A stretch of DNA of 64,000 nt from Eledone cirrhosa (Eukaryota): contig OZ024751.1 in assembly GCA_964016885.1 (NCBI GenBank), positions 35,774,001-35,838,000 of the forward strand, read 5' to 3'. Position numbers and translations under genes: made by a program. This document shows, in pieces, positions 1-15,885 of this stretch; position 1 is the stretch's first letter; each line of letters opens with the position of its first letter. The notes under the pieces are model-generated. The model saw only the letters and a list, made by a program, of their open reading frames with translations. It ran no database searches and was not told the DNA's origin.

Positions 1-1150
1 CAACAAAACAACGACAACTAAAACAACAATAACAACAACAAAACAACGACAGCAACAACTAAAAAAAAATAGAAAAAATATATTGAAATAACGAAAAAAA
101 AAAGCAAACTCAACAACAAAGAAAACAAACAGAAAAAGAAATACAAAACAAAAACAAAATGGTGGAAAAGAACATGAAAGAACATTCGATTTGAAAAGTG
201 TGTAGTTGTAATGATTGTTAATGTGGTAGTACCATACGGTAATTTACATGTAACACCCACTGGTGCTTCTTTAATCATTAACTTTTCCTTTCAATAACAA
301 CAACAACAACATTAATAACAACAACAACAACAACACCACCACCACCATCACCACCACCACCATCACCACCAGCACCACCATTACCACCACCAACACCACC
401 ACCACCACCACCACCATTACCACCACCATTACCACCACCAACACCACCACCACCACCATCAACATTCAATTCCACCTTAAAACCACCATACAGACCCCAC
501 CACCACCACCACCAATATCCCCACCGTCACTACAAGCATCACCACTCGCACCAGCACTGTCACTACCATCACCATGACCACTGTCACCATTCCCACCACC
601 ACCACCACCACCAGCACCACCACCAGCACCATCAGCACCACCACCACCCCTACCACCACCACCAGCCCCCCCCGCACCACCAGCACCACCAGCACCACCA
701 CCACCACCGCCACCAGCACCACCACCACCCCTACCACCACCACCCCTACCACCACCACCAGCACCACCAGCACCACCAGCACCCTTACCACCCTACCACC
801 ACCACCACCCCTACCACCACCAGCACCACCGTCACCAAATGCTATCAACAGATAGTAATGACGACATCACCTCAATTCCACCTTAAAACCACCATACAGA
901 CCCAACCACCATCACCACCAACAACACCAGTGCCAGTACTACCTCCACGACAACCACCACCACCACAACCCCCACCACCACCTACCCCAACCACTACCAC
1001 CACCACCACCTACCCCAACCACTACCACCACCACCTACCCCAACCACTACCACCACCACCACCACCACCACCACCACAACAATAGTAACAATGGTGACAT
1101 TCTTCTGTAACCTAAAGTATGGAAGCTGGTACCTACTAATATTGATAATA

Positions 1151-1303
1151 CTTGTTTCACAAGGCCAGCAAATACCCAGTGTATTACTGGTACTTTATTT
1201 TATCGACCCCGTAAGGATGAAAGGCAAAGTTAACCTCGGCGGGATTTGAACTCAGAATGGCAAGGGCCGTAACTCTATGCGCCAAAGCATGGCATCCGAC
1301 CCT
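1151..1303 (-). mobile_element. tRNA-derived SINE, family A, 5'-truncated
   Basis: Reverse-complement B-box (ggatttgaactc) and core 'atcgaccccgtaaggatgaaaggcaaagt'. 15-bp TSD ctaatattgataata at 1136-1150 and 1304-1318. More than 10 related copies in the window. Confidence 0.85.
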
Positions 1304-1577
1304 CTAATATTGATAATACTGCCAGTTTCTTAGGAACACTGTTGCTGGAATCAATATTTTACAGTTGAGAGTTTTTAATATCGATGACGTAAATCATTAG
1401 CTAGGTTTCATGATTCGTATTCCTAGGCTAATGAACGCTGTCGTTAATTAGGCCAGAGAAACCATTTTTTTTGGTGGTGTTGATGGTGATGGTGGTGGTG
1501 GGATGTTTAGTGAGAGCGTTGTACATTCAATCTGTCTCTCTCTGTATCATCACACCACTAGGCTGTGGCCTTCCACT

Positions 1578-1808
1578 CACATCCTTCCTATACAGGTTCT
1601 TTCTTTAACAGGTTACGAAACCTCTGTGTCTGATGTAGTGGCCCGCATGGCACATCCTTCCTCTACAGGTTCTTTCTTAACAGATTACCAAAAACACTAA
1701 CTTGTTAGCCACCCCATCACTGTGTCTGATGTAGTGGCACGCATGGCACATCCTTCCTCTGCAGGTTCTTCCCTCAACAGGTTACCAAAACATTAACTTG
1801 TTAGCCAT
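1578..1808. repeat. ~97-bp tandem duplication (about 2.4 copies)
   Basis: ctgtgtctgatgtagtggc...cacatccttcctct...cttgttagcca repeated at ~1624 and ~1720, with a partial copy at 1578. Confidence 0.8.
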
Positions 1809-2042
1809 TTCATCACTAAAGTCAGACTTAATACTAAATTCTGACCTTTAGCATTACTAAAGACACAGTCTGTAACGCTTCAATGATTTCCTCCAGCAAG
1901 TATATCATATTAATAGTGGAAATAATATATAATATATTTATATATTTTAAATATCATATTCCGGGTTCAATGGAGGGTAACTACAGCAAGTAAGGTACTC
2001 AATGAATTAGTAGAATGTAAACTTCATGTTTAATGTAGAAAT

Positions 2043-2093
2043 GGCTTCTACAGGACTAGAACTGTTTCATTCAAAAGAAACATCAGGAAAGCC
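2043..2093 (-). ncRNA. degenerate type I hammerhead ribozyme in a Penelope-like pLTR remnant (~1958-2116)
   Basis: Minus strand: ggctttc CTGATGT ttc-tttt-gaat GAAA cag-ttctagtc-ctg TA gaagcc. A9 is altered. The downstream tail 'attctactaattcattgagtacc' resembles the other pLTR tails. Confidence 0.55.
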
Positions 2094-2113
2094 AACTGTC
2101 CTTGTAAAACAGT

Positions 2114-2172
<59 letters not shown>

Positions 2173-2218
2173 AGATAAAATAAATAAGTCAAATGTTTTA
2201 AATTTAGCTCCGTTTATT

Positions 2219-2273
2219 ACTGCTATATATATTTCGGTGACAGCCATCTTTGGCTGTGACCTTTTCAGGCAGT
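2219..2273 (-). ncRNA. type I hammerhead ribozyme, minimal PLE type (G8->A)
   Basis: Minus strand: actgc CTGAAAA ggtcacagcca-aaga-tggctgtcacc GAAA tatata TA gcagt. All three stems pair. Confidence 0.7.
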
Positions 2274-2395
2274 CCGAATTAGTGTGGTATAGACAAGTAC
2301 ATATGTTGTTGAGGTGTATAACTTTGTCAATACTCTGATATGCCCAGTTCCTGGTTGGGTTGTTATTTCACTGAGGAACTGGAATCATATCAAAA

Positions 2396-2475
<80 letters not shown>

Positions 2476-2481
2476 TGATAG

Positions 2482-2790
2482 CTGTCCCCTCGTTATCGAG
2501 TATGGCCATTGCACGATATACCATTATTAATAATTATTAATTAATGCTATCGTGCAATACCTGTGCGTCAAGATATTTTTTAAAGTGAGGAAAGACTGTG
2601 CACTGAGCCAATCCCACTCTCTGAGAGACAGTAGCTATAACCCGAAAAGAAGAAAAGATCAACATCATCGGTAACTACTGAGCCACAGGTTTTATATCGG
2701 AGTTATCCCAGTTTCCTGAGTTGCCTTCTCCTAGAAGAATGCCCCGACAAAGGCTAGGGGTCCTTCACTCCCACTGGTTTAACCTCGCAA
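2482..2790 (-). mobile_element. short interspersed repeat, probably an RTE-derived non-autonomous element
   Basis: Closely similar ~300-bp copy at 35185-35495. Internal hairpin attgcacgata/tatcgtgcaat. Ends resemble RTE UTR sequence. Confidence 0.55.
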
Positions 2791-3730
2791 TCGGGTGTCC
2801 AACCCGACTATTTCTATGTCCCCGCGCATATACATACACATGCACCCATGCATATACACATATACATATACATACATATGTACATGTGCATATACATATT
2901 TACACACATACATATACATACATATATACATGCAAGCATACGCACAGAGATATAGAGGGAGACAGACAGTACATTTACTCTCACCATGAAGTTCAAATAT
3001 AGAATGCTAGAAAATCTTTGACGAATCGCGGAGCTGGCGTATGACAGACAGACAAAAGTCTTTACAATTATTTTAATATATATGTATGCTCAGTTTTGTT
3101 GGAATAAGAATTCCTGTTTTCACTGCACTAATCCAGTTGGAATCTGGTTAATGTTCACTCATTCAGATGGCAGATACTTAATGGACTCCAGCAGTTTGAA
3201 AGAACAGATATTGTCCCCCTTCATTATCATTCTGTGATGGATCACGGTTCACCATGGATTATCACTTATAAGGTTTCGTTTCAGATAAAGTGAAGCCATT
3301 TTGATTTTTAGAAACACTTTAAGATTGCCGTGTGAAATGGATGAATGGATGAATGAATTATGATTTTCTCTATTAAAGATTATAACTGTTAGAAAGTCAT
3401 AGAAATTGGATCCGGGTTTTGTTAGAGATATGACGACTGAATTAAACGACAACAACAACGACAACAACAACAACAGCAACAACAACAACAACAACGACGA
3501 CAACAACAACGACAACAACAGCAACAACAAGAAGACAACAACAAGACAACAACAGCAACAGCAACGACAATTACAACAACGACAAGGAAAGTAATGCTAA
3601 TAGTTGTAATACGGACATCTAATCTGCCTTTCAGAAGCTATAGCTGGATATGAGAACTATTGTTGGTTCATTCGCAATCTAATTGCTTTCACAAGCAAGT
3701 ATAATTACACATATACACACTCTTTCATTG

Positions 3731-3809
<79 letters not shown>

Positions 3810-4012
3810 GTGCGTGTGTGTGTATAAGTGTGAGGTGGGCCATACATTCATATATGCATGTATATATCTTTAAGACAGTAGAAGAACGTATTCCTATGTT
3901 TGACAGGGGATTGAATAAGATTAGAGAAACATATGAATGACTCTAGAATTAGGCAGATTAACGGAATTAAAATCATCTCGCGGCATACAATATCACACAT
4001 ATACATACATGC

Positions 4013-4095
<83 letters not shown>

Positions 4096-4113
4096 TTCAT
4101 ACATGTATGTATG

Positions 4114-4181
<68 letters not shown>

Positions 4182-4247
4182 TACATAGATATACATACAT
4201 ACATATGTATTTATGTATATATACATACACATATATGCATGTATGAG

Positions 4248-4286
<39 letters not shown>

Positions 4287-4310
4287 ATGAAAGAAACGTT
4301 AAGACATGTG

Positions 4311-4428
4311 TTACATAATCGTATTTATTATACGTATTTCTGTGGTACCAGCATGTAGCAGTTATGCAATCGTTACAACATCAACTGAGACCGGTGTGAC
4401 ATCATCAGACGTTAATACAATTATGTAA
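4311..4428 (-). ncRNA. type I hammerhead ribozyme with long stem II
   Basis: Minus strand: CTGATGA tgt...aca GAAA tacgta TA. Stem I extended by gtatt/aatac and a perfect ttacataat/attatgtaa. Confidence 0.6.
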
Positions 4429-4593
4429 GTGGGTTGATATGTAGTGGGCTAACGCTACCATGTTTGAGAAAGTTCACAGAACACATCACTGGCCTCTTAT
4501 TCTTTTTTTTACAATCTGTTCTCCTCTGTCTATATTTGTCATTGGTAGATTTTATAACTTCTAGGAAGTAATGATTAATTCATGAGTTGACAA

Positions 4594-4698
<105 letters not shown>

Positions 4699-4867
4699 AG
4701 GAAAGTGATAAATAAAAAAGGGTTTGAAAACCGTACCAGGTATATAAATAGTATATAAAGGATCCTTATAAAATGTAGAAAAATTAATGTTAAAAATTAA
4801 TGTTAGCAAAGCGTACTTTTCCCCGGTTTGGATTATATTATATATATATATAGATATATATATATAT

Positions 4868-5259
<392 letters not shown>

Positions 5260-5668
5260 GTATATATATATATGTATATATATATATATACATATACACA
5301 ATGTATATATATACATTATGTATTCTATTTATATTCTTTTTAATAATATGGTCTTATTAAGTCTAACGTGGGATATTCAGCGATTGTGGCTGACCTAAAA
5401 CATATCGACAAGCGAGAAAAAAAAAAAAAAAGAACACTAACCCGAACTACAGTAAAATACCTGTTGTATCGATCTCTTTTGGTGTAAGAGTAACAAATGA
5501 TTTGTATAGAATATTTAGCGACTTGAATCTGTAAAGTTATTGGAAACCAAAATGGCGTGTAACTGTAAATGGAGAAATGTTACAATTGTTGACAATAACC
5601 TTTCTCCATATTACAATGTCGTTTTATCTTCGCTTTTCTACTGCTTTTCCTTTACATGCGACATACAT

Positions 5669-5724
<56 letters not shown>

Positions 5725-5847
5725 TCACATATATATATTCATATATATATATATATACACAAACACACACACATATATTTTATCTATATTCATATATATA
5801 TATATATATGCACACACACACGCACATATATATATATATATATATAT

Positions 5848-5887
5848 GTAGACACACAATATATCATATATAGACACACAATATAGC

Positions 5888-5918
<31 letters not shown>

Positions 5919-6600
5919 CACGATGAATCACATATAGACACACTATATCATATATAGACACAATATATATCATATATAGACACACAATATATCATATATA
6001 GACACACAATATATCATATAGACACACAATATATCATATATAGACACACCATATATCATATATAGATACACCATATATCATATATAGACACACAATATAT
6101 CATATATAGACACACAATATATCATATATAGATACACCATATATCATATATAGACACACAATATATGATATATAGATACACAATATATCATATATAGATA
6201 CACCATATATCATATATAGACACACAATATATCATATATAGACACACAATATATCATATATAGATACACCATATATCATATATAGACACACAATATATCA
6301 TATATAGACACACAATATATCATATATAGATACACCATATATCATATATAGACACACAATATATCATATATAGATACACAATATATCATATATAGATACA
6401 CCATATATCATATATAGACACACAATATATCATATATAGACACACAATATATCATATATAGATACACCATATATCATATATAGACACACAATATATCATA
6501 TATAGACACACAATATATCATATATAGATACACCATATATCATATATAGACACACAATATATCATATATAGATACACAATATATCATATATAGATACACA
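5848..6600. repeat. 22-bp minisatellite (tagacacacaatatatcatata), ~30 copies
   Basis: Direct tandem repetition with a recurring variant tagatacacc. Confidence 0.95.
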
Positions 6601-7307
6601 GCCTGTATTTAAAATAGATAGGCTCTGAAAGTGTTCTGTTTCAACGTTACTATCAGAACAAGTAAAACATCCATGAACAAGAACGTAAGCTCGTAATCTT
6701 ACGAAATTCTTGTCTATTCCAGTTAGTAAAAGGCTGTATATATTGTAGTAATTGAAACAAACAGGTCGTTTCTTCTTACCAATTCTCTCTCCTTAGGTTC
6801 AGCAATTCTTATGTTTTCCAGCAGACGTTCGGAGGACTTGTCTACGTAATGAAATATCTGAAGATCAATTCTTAGGAAATTAGGGTCCAGTAGTATAAAA
6901 CAGAATCGACTGATTGCCGGTTTTATTCAGATATTGGGTCTACCAAAACATTTAACCCTCCTCCGTTGTAGAACCTTCTGTTATCTTATCTCAAGATTCA
7001 ATACTTTCTCATTCAACATCGACAAGCCACTTGTTTTAAGCAGGAAAACAAGTTGCTCCTTTTCTTTCCTTTCTTACTCTCGTCTGTCTGTGTGTCTCTC
7101 TGTCAGTCTGTCTGTCTGTCTATCTGTCTGTCTGTCTGACTGTGTGTCTGACTATCTGTCTGTCTGTGTGACTGTCTGTGTGTGTGTCTGTCTGTCTGTC
7201 TGTCTGTCTGTTTCTTCTCTCAGATTATATACATGTAATAGCCACACGTATTCATATACTAGTAGCACATATACATACAGTAGCAACATATATACATAGC
7301 TGGAACC

Positions 7308-7410
<103 letters not shown>

Positions 7411-7424
7411 ATATATATATATAC

Positions 7425-7471
<47 letters not shown>

Positions 7472-7552
7472 TACTAAACCAACTTTTTTAAATGGAAGTT
7501 GTTCAATATTCTATGGTACGTCAAATTTATTTATAAAACTGCTTATATATTG

Positions 7553-7618
7553 TATTTTATCTGAAGAAGGCATGCGATATTTTTAATATGGTATCCCTGA
7601 AATATGTATAATGAAATA
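7553..7618 (+). ncRNA. type I hammerhead ribozyme, family H2 copy 1
   Basis: tattttat CTGAAGA aggcatgc...gtatccct GAAA tatgta TA atgaaata. Flanks homologous to the 9399 and 60361 copies. Confidence 0.75.
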
Positions 7619-7658
7619 AATATGGTTTTATAAATATAGTTTCCATTTGTTTAATATC

Positions 7659-7758
<100 letters not shown>

Positions 7759-7785
7759 GTATATATATATGTATATATATATATA

Positions 7786-7854
<69 letters not shown>

Positions 7855-7867
7855 TTCTATACCTTTC

Positions 7868-7910
<43 letters not shown>

Positions 7911-8108
7911 CGCTAGCCACACACATATACACAGATGGTGCCATAAACATACATACGTTAGTCACAAACATATACAGCAAATAGATAGCAACATATATTC
8001 ATACAACAGCCACACATGCACACAGTAGTAACACACATACATAGATGACATCATATATGCATACATATATATATACTTATATATATATACACACATACAT
8101 ATATATAT

Positions 8109-8151
<43 letters not shown>

Positions 8152-8467
8152 AGTATATATATCCACACACACATTTGAAAGTCTTAGCAAATCCTTTGAC
8201 ATCAATCGCATCAAAGATGTAAAGAACTTTACAACCAACAAGAACGAAAATGGAAGTCAATCCCTCTATTATTTCAAAATAAATTAATAAAATACATCTT
8301 AAATATTTCTTTTGTAACCAGATTTTTTTTTATGTATCATTTTCGATATTTCACTATCGATCTTTCAAACGAACTCAAATTCGTCGATTTCTCGTCTTCT
8401 TCGCCATTTCTATTTCTTGTTGTTGGCGTTTTCGTTGTAGTTGTTGTCGTTGTTGTTGTTGTTGTTT

Positions 8468-8510
<43 letters not shown>

Positions 8511-8769
8511 CGTTGTAGTTGTTGTTGTTGTTGTTGTTGTTGTTGCTGTTGTTGTTTCTTTTATTCTTTCAAATCAAGTCGCTCTGAAGTATAATATTTA
8601 ACGACCGTATGTACCTTATGGTGTATGTGTGTGTGTGAAGGTGTGTATGTGTGTGTGAAGGTGTATGTATGTGTGTGTGAAGGTGTATGTATGTGTGAGG
8701 GTGTATGTGTGAGGGTGTATGTGTGTGTCAAGCTTTTTTGTTTCCTTTCCATCTTTTTACACACAGACA

Positions 8770-8803
<34 letters not shown>

Positions 8804-8936
8804 TACACATACATATATATATATATGTGTGTATGGATTTATGGATTTATTTGACTCTGAAATAATGTTCACGTAGGCACATACTTGGATACTTATACAC
8901 ACATGTACAGAATACATATATATATACACACACATA

Positions 8937-9049
<113 letters not shown>

Positions 9050-9209
9050 ATGTATGTGTGTGTGTATGTATGTGTGTGTGTGTGTGTATATATGTATATA
9101 TAGATATATATATACACAGAGAAACTATAATAGTAACAACAGATTACAGCAATTATTTCTGTAAAATGTTCTTCGAGAGCTGACAACAAAGCGTGTCAAT
9201 TGCATGTGT

Positions 9210-9324
<115 letters not shown>

Positions 9325-9398
9325 AGTGAATTTCCGACCGATAAGGTTGAATCTTCACGGGTACGTCTTTATTTATAAAATTTATAAAACAAACTTTG

Positions 9399-9463
9399 TA
9401 TTTTATCTGATGAAAGCGCACCAAGGTTGGCATGGTCGCCATTGAAATATATATAATAAAATA
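9399..9463 (+). ncRNA. type I hammerhead ribozyme, family H2 copy 2
   Basis: tattttat CTGATGA aagcgcacca...tggtcgccatt GAAA tatata TA ataaaata. Perfect 8-bp stem I. Confidence 0.75.
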
Positions 9464-9506
9464 AATATGGTTTTATAAATATAGTTTCCATTTCTTTAAT
9501 ATCAAT

Positions 9507-9545
<39 letters not shown>

Positions 9546-9577
9546 TATATATATATATATATGGTATATATATATAT

Positions 9578-9703
<126 letters not shown>

Positions 9704-10555
9704 CGTTGGTGCATTTGTTATGTACGTAGGTTCGATTCCTGAACTTTTGTCTCTGTCTGTCTAAATCCCCTCTCTCTCCCTCTCTCACTCCCTCCTCCTG
9801 CTCACTCCCCCCTCTATCTACCTCTCCCTCTCTCTCTCGCCCCCTCTCTCTCTCATTCCTCCCTCTCTCTCTGACTCCCCATCTCTCTCTCTGACTCCCT
9901 CTCTCTCCCCTCTCTCTCATCTCTTCGTTTCCAAGATTATTTAACCAGATATCTGTTACTGAATCCACGGAGCTGTGAATCTGTTTTCCTTAAAACAGAT
10001 ATATTGGCTTCTTAAGGAGTAACTAACAGTGAGAATACCACCACCACCATCACCACCACCACCAACACCTTCACCAACACCACCACCTGCATCACCACAT
10101 CACCACATCACCAGCAGCAGCAGCGGTACCACCACCACCACCACCACCACTACCATCACCACTACCATCACCACCACCATCACCACCTCCATACCACCAC
10201 CACCACCACCACCACCACCACCATAAAGAACAATCCAGAAATATAAGCCCCTATACCCAGCCCAACCATATTAAAGCCCTAACCCTCACTTCTAAAAGAT
10301 AATAGGGGGAAGGTTGAAAGAACTTCGTAATCCTTTTCTATTTTTCAATATATGTTTTATTGTTTTTATTTTCTATATAATCGACTATCGAATAGATTAT
10401 TGAACAGTCATGTTGTTTGATGATAATAGACTTTCCTAGCGCTATGAATGCATAATAAGCCATATTGAAACATTTTTAGAAGTCGTTGGAGCTAAACGAA
10501 ACAATAAATGTTTCCTACAAATGTTGATTACATTCTACAAGTGATTCCTTGTAGC

Positions 10556-11120
10556 TTGTATAGGAGCTATGGGTAGCTAGCTGGCATGGCCTAGTGGTAA
10601 GGGTGTTGGGCTGACAATCATATTGTCATGGGATGTCTGTATAGGAAGCTATGGGTAGCTGGCATGGCCTAGTGGTAAGGGTGTTGGACTGACAATCATA
10701 TTGTCATGGGATGTCTGTATAGGAAGCTATGGGTAGCTGGCATGGCCTAGTGGTAAGGGTATTGGACTTACAATCATAATGTCGTGGGTTCGATAACTGA
10801 GCTGGGTTGTATGTATAGGAAGCTTCACGTGTTCACATAAGAGGTGTATGGCCTAGTGGTAAGGGTGTTGGACCCACAATCATGTCATGGGTTCGACAAC
10901 TGAGCTGATTTGTGTGTTGTATTCCTGAGCAAAAAATACTTCATTTCACGTTACTCCAATATACTCAGCTGAAAATGACTACCAGTAATATCTGGGGGCT
11001 TAACCTTGCAATGGACTGGCTTCCTGCCCAGAAGGGAGTCTTTCTCACTGTGGTTTAACTCCACAGAAACCGCAATAGGTACCAGCCTGATGAGCCTTCC
11101 AGCACGAGAGAGACTTTAGA
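10556..11120 (+). mobile_element. tRNA-derived SINE, family B, with tandemly amplified 5' head
   Basis: Four A-box heads 'tggcctagtggtaagggt', B-box 'ggttcga', body 'cctgagcaaaaaatacttcatttcacgtt'. Confidence 0.8.
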
Positions 11121-11328
11121 CTTTTTTGTAGAGATACGTTGATTACATACACCCTACAAGTGATTTAAGAATCACTGGGAAAATTTGAAGTCTACATTTC
11201 AAATATCTATCTATCTAGCTATCTAGCTACATTTATCTACATATATGTTTAATAAAGAAACATATATATATGTATAAACATACACCCCCCCCCTAATATA
11301 TATATATATATATTTGTGTGTATATGTA

Positions 11329-11383
<55 letters not shown>

Positions 11384-11668
11384 ATGTGTGTGTGTGTACA
11401 TACTCAATTTCAAATTATTCTTGCTTTGTTTCTAAAGCTATCAATCTAACTTGGCTTCCATACATATACATAAATATATAAACACATACATACATATACA
11501 TACACACACACATACATACATATATATATATATATATGCATAGCCACCTACAAACCTACACACACACATATATATATTTATATATATATATACGTATACA
11601 AGCATATATTTACATACCTACATATAAATAACCAAATAACTATATATGTATATATATATATATATGTA

Positions 11669-11757
<89 letters not shown>

Positions 11758-12265
11758 TCATATACAATTTCAAGTTACCGATATCATATATGTTTGCCTT
11801 TTTATATTTTCTTTCTTGGTTTTCTCTCTGATATTTGGTGTCCGAATGCAATTATAATATTGGCGAATTTTGATTGAGTTATTCCAGATTTCGCAACGAT
11901 GTCTGTTCTGCTACTGAAGCGTTTTCTGCTCCAACAAAAACATTACAATATATGAAATATAATAGTCTGAAATTTACCAAAGTAAATGCAAAGGAAATAA
12001 TAAAAAAAAAAAGAATTGCTTGTAGCTACATCTAATAAAGAGAGTTTATGTATGTATGTATGTATGTATGTATGTATGTATGTATGTATGTATGTATGTA
12101 TGTATGTATGTATGTATGTATGTATGTATGTATGTATGTATGAATGTATGTATGTATGTATGTATAACTTATATGTTTATAGAGTATCTGCTTCCAGGCA
12201 ATATAAATATGTATGTTGTTTTATCTTATATGTATATACACAGACACACACACATATATATATAT

Positions 12266-12307
<42 letters not shown>

Positions 12308-12400
12308 TATATGTGAGTTTATATGTACGCATGTGCGAGCATGTGTGTATATGTGAGTATAAATAGAATAATATATATAACCACGGACGGCTCAGTAATT

Positions 12401-12454
<54 letters not shown>

Positions 12455-12461
12455 GTATATG

Positions 12462-12492
<31 letters not shown>

Positions 12493-12579
12493 GTATATTT
12501 ATGTATATATTCATAGGAATCTAACATGCTTGTACCTCAGTTTATCTCACTTTACACATACTCAAATATATACATACAT

Positions 12580-12650
<71 letters not shown>

Positions 12651-12997
12651 CATGTATATATTCACATACGTAAGATATAAGTATATATATAAACAGATAT
12701 CTATCTATCTACCTACACACATGTATAGACCTACATACATATATACAGCTAGCCAATACGGACAGACCTATGTGTAGTTTCGTCGTAATGTAAAAGTAAA
12801 TATATTTATATATTTATTATATGCATATGAAAAAAAAAATGGTGAAATATATTTCTCTATATTTATTTACATCCGATATTTTCTTCTTCCGTTGTATGAG
12901 CAAATATATGAGACAGCGTCTCGGAAGAATATTAATAACAAGTACGTAAATATCTTCTTGCTATGAAACCATTGACACTCACACGCACAAACACATG

Positions 12998-13062
<65 letters not shown>

Positions 13063-13218
13063 GTATATATGTATGTATAAATATACATCGATTACATCAT
13101 TTTTACATCTAGATATATATGCACACAGACAAGCACACATATATGCATGTATATATTGCATGTATATATATATATACATACACACATACATATATATATA
13201 TACATACATACATACATT

Positions 13219-13252
<34 letters not shown>

Positions 13253-13407
13253 TGTATATGCATATATATATATAATCCTGGGCCTTTAATTATAGATTCA
13301 GTTTTTTTTATGTGTTTCTATTTCTCTGATTCTCTCTCATGCTATTCATGTATATCAATACATCTATATTATATATATGCGTTTGTGTGTGTATAATTTG
13401 TCTATAA

Positions 13408-13485
<78 letters not shown>

Positions 13486-14281
13486 ATATATGTATACATG
13501 TTTATATATGCATACATATACTTATATATGTATCCATATATATACATATATATATTATATATATATATATATATATACATATTACACAGACACACACACA
13601 TATATATATATATATACACATTCACATACGTTTCACATATCTACATATATATATACCTATACATATACATATACACCTACATGGACATCGTCAGAGAGAA
13701 TGAGAGAAATAGAAGGATACATATTTCCATAAAAAATCTATCTATAATTAAAGGTTTCGAGGATTATTATATGGTTAATCGAAGTATGCAGTTTTTACTG
13801 TGTCCACAAACACAGAAGACCTATGAAAGAGAATAAGAAAAATACGAATCATTTCTTTTTTATTTATCATGTTTTATACACTCGTATATCTCTGTAAGTC
13901 TGTCCACAATACGTGTATGTCTATATTTACGGCTGTTTAAACATATAGCCATATACATATATAGATTCTTACATGTGTACTCTAGTCTACGTATGTTTCC
14001 AATAAGTCCGTGGAATGGAAAATACCTGCAACAGATTGTAGAAAAATAAAAACAAAAGGACAAAAAAAAATAAAAGAAAAAAAAAGGCTTCCTTCGGTAA
14101 AGATGGATAGACGTAGATATACTATATATATTTTTGTATTATTGTGTCCTTGCAGAATCACCCCCCCCCACACTTTCCAATACTATCATTTCGTTGTCTT
14201 CTTGCTAACAACAGCAAGACCCTTGTACTATTACAATCCAATATTATTTGAAATAAATATAAGTTTTTTTCTGTACATATA

Positions 14282-14362
<81 letters not shown>

Positions 14363-14462
14363 TATATATATAAATCTTTATATATATATATATATACATA
14401 CATATATACATGGTAATAAATATATATATATATATCGTATATATATAAATTTATATATATAT

Positions 14463-14501
<39 letters not shown>

Positions 14502-15211
14502 TACATGATATATATATATATACATGATATATATATATATCTGGTATATATATAAATCTTTATATATATATATATATAAATCTTTATATATATATATATA
14601 TATAAATATGCATCATACATATATATCTTTATGTATATATATATATATATATATATATACGGAAAAAATGAAACGATATTTCATTTCCCACTCTTAGTAC
14701 GGCTGTTACTTAAATATAAGTATGTACACGTACATACATATATGTATACCGACGTACAGTAGTATGTATATATATATATACATACATGCACACACATATA
14801 TATATATATATAGAGAGAGAGATAGAGAGAGAGTCACTGATGACAAAATTTCAATTCCAACTGTAGAACAACGATGGAAGCTTTATACTTTATAGTAAAA
14901 CTATTAACCATTAACCATCAGAGGAAAGTTTCATCAATGGGTATCACGTGATTGTGGTTGTTATTGAAATGTAACCTTATACAATTTGTGTCTGGACATA
15001 GTTCCGGTGGGTTATACCGTATCAATGTGAAAGGCGTTGAGTTGTGTTGTATTGAAATGTCGCTATGATATTCTCATAACATTTGGACATAGAGAAACAT
15101 AAATTGATGTCGTCTTTCTTTTCATGAGACAAATGATTCTAGATTTATTAGCGAAGGAGAACAAGACTTTGTGACGACATTGTTATATATATCTGTATGT
15201 ATGTGTGTTTA

Positions 15212-15298
<87 letters not shown>

Positions 15299-15470
15299 TA
15301 CATACACACACACAAACTTACATACACACACACATACATATATATATATACATATGTGTGTATGTAGGTGTGTGTGTGTGTGTGTGTATGTAAGTGTATG
15401 TATTTAGGTATTTGCACACCGTCAATCATGCTAAACTATTACAGGAATTTCTCAAAAATTGAAAATGAAA

Positions 15471-15597
<127 letters not shown>

Positions 15598-15603
15598 TAT
15601 ATA

Positions 15604-15744
15604 AAACAAAGGGAGTGTGGTAAGGTACCAGGTGGACCATAACACACCAGCGTACTTAGCGTAGTTGAGTGGGTAAAAGGAAAAGAGAAAAGAGTTAGTT
15701 CGGATCTAGCTGTCGAAACGGCCTGAGCTCAGCCGCCGGGTCTT

Positions 15745-15747
<3 letters not shown>
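15604..15747 (-). mobile_element. Penelope-like pLTR family H1, copy A (degenerate)
   Basis: Tail 'gtggtaaggtaccaggtggaccataac' plus inverted 'gtcgaaacggcctgagctcagccg'. Flanked by TA repeats. Confidence 0.75.
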
Positions 15748-15792
<45 letters not shown>

Positions 15793-15800
15793 ATATATAG

Positions 15801-15885
<85 letters not shown>

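Noticed and set aside
3090-3270. Possible RTE C-terminal fragment on the minus strand
   Set aside because: Only a vague motif resemblance across several frameshifts.
3860-3990. Possible GIY-YIG remnant ([11 protein letters not shown])
   Set aside because: The similarity is too short and interrupted to support without a search.
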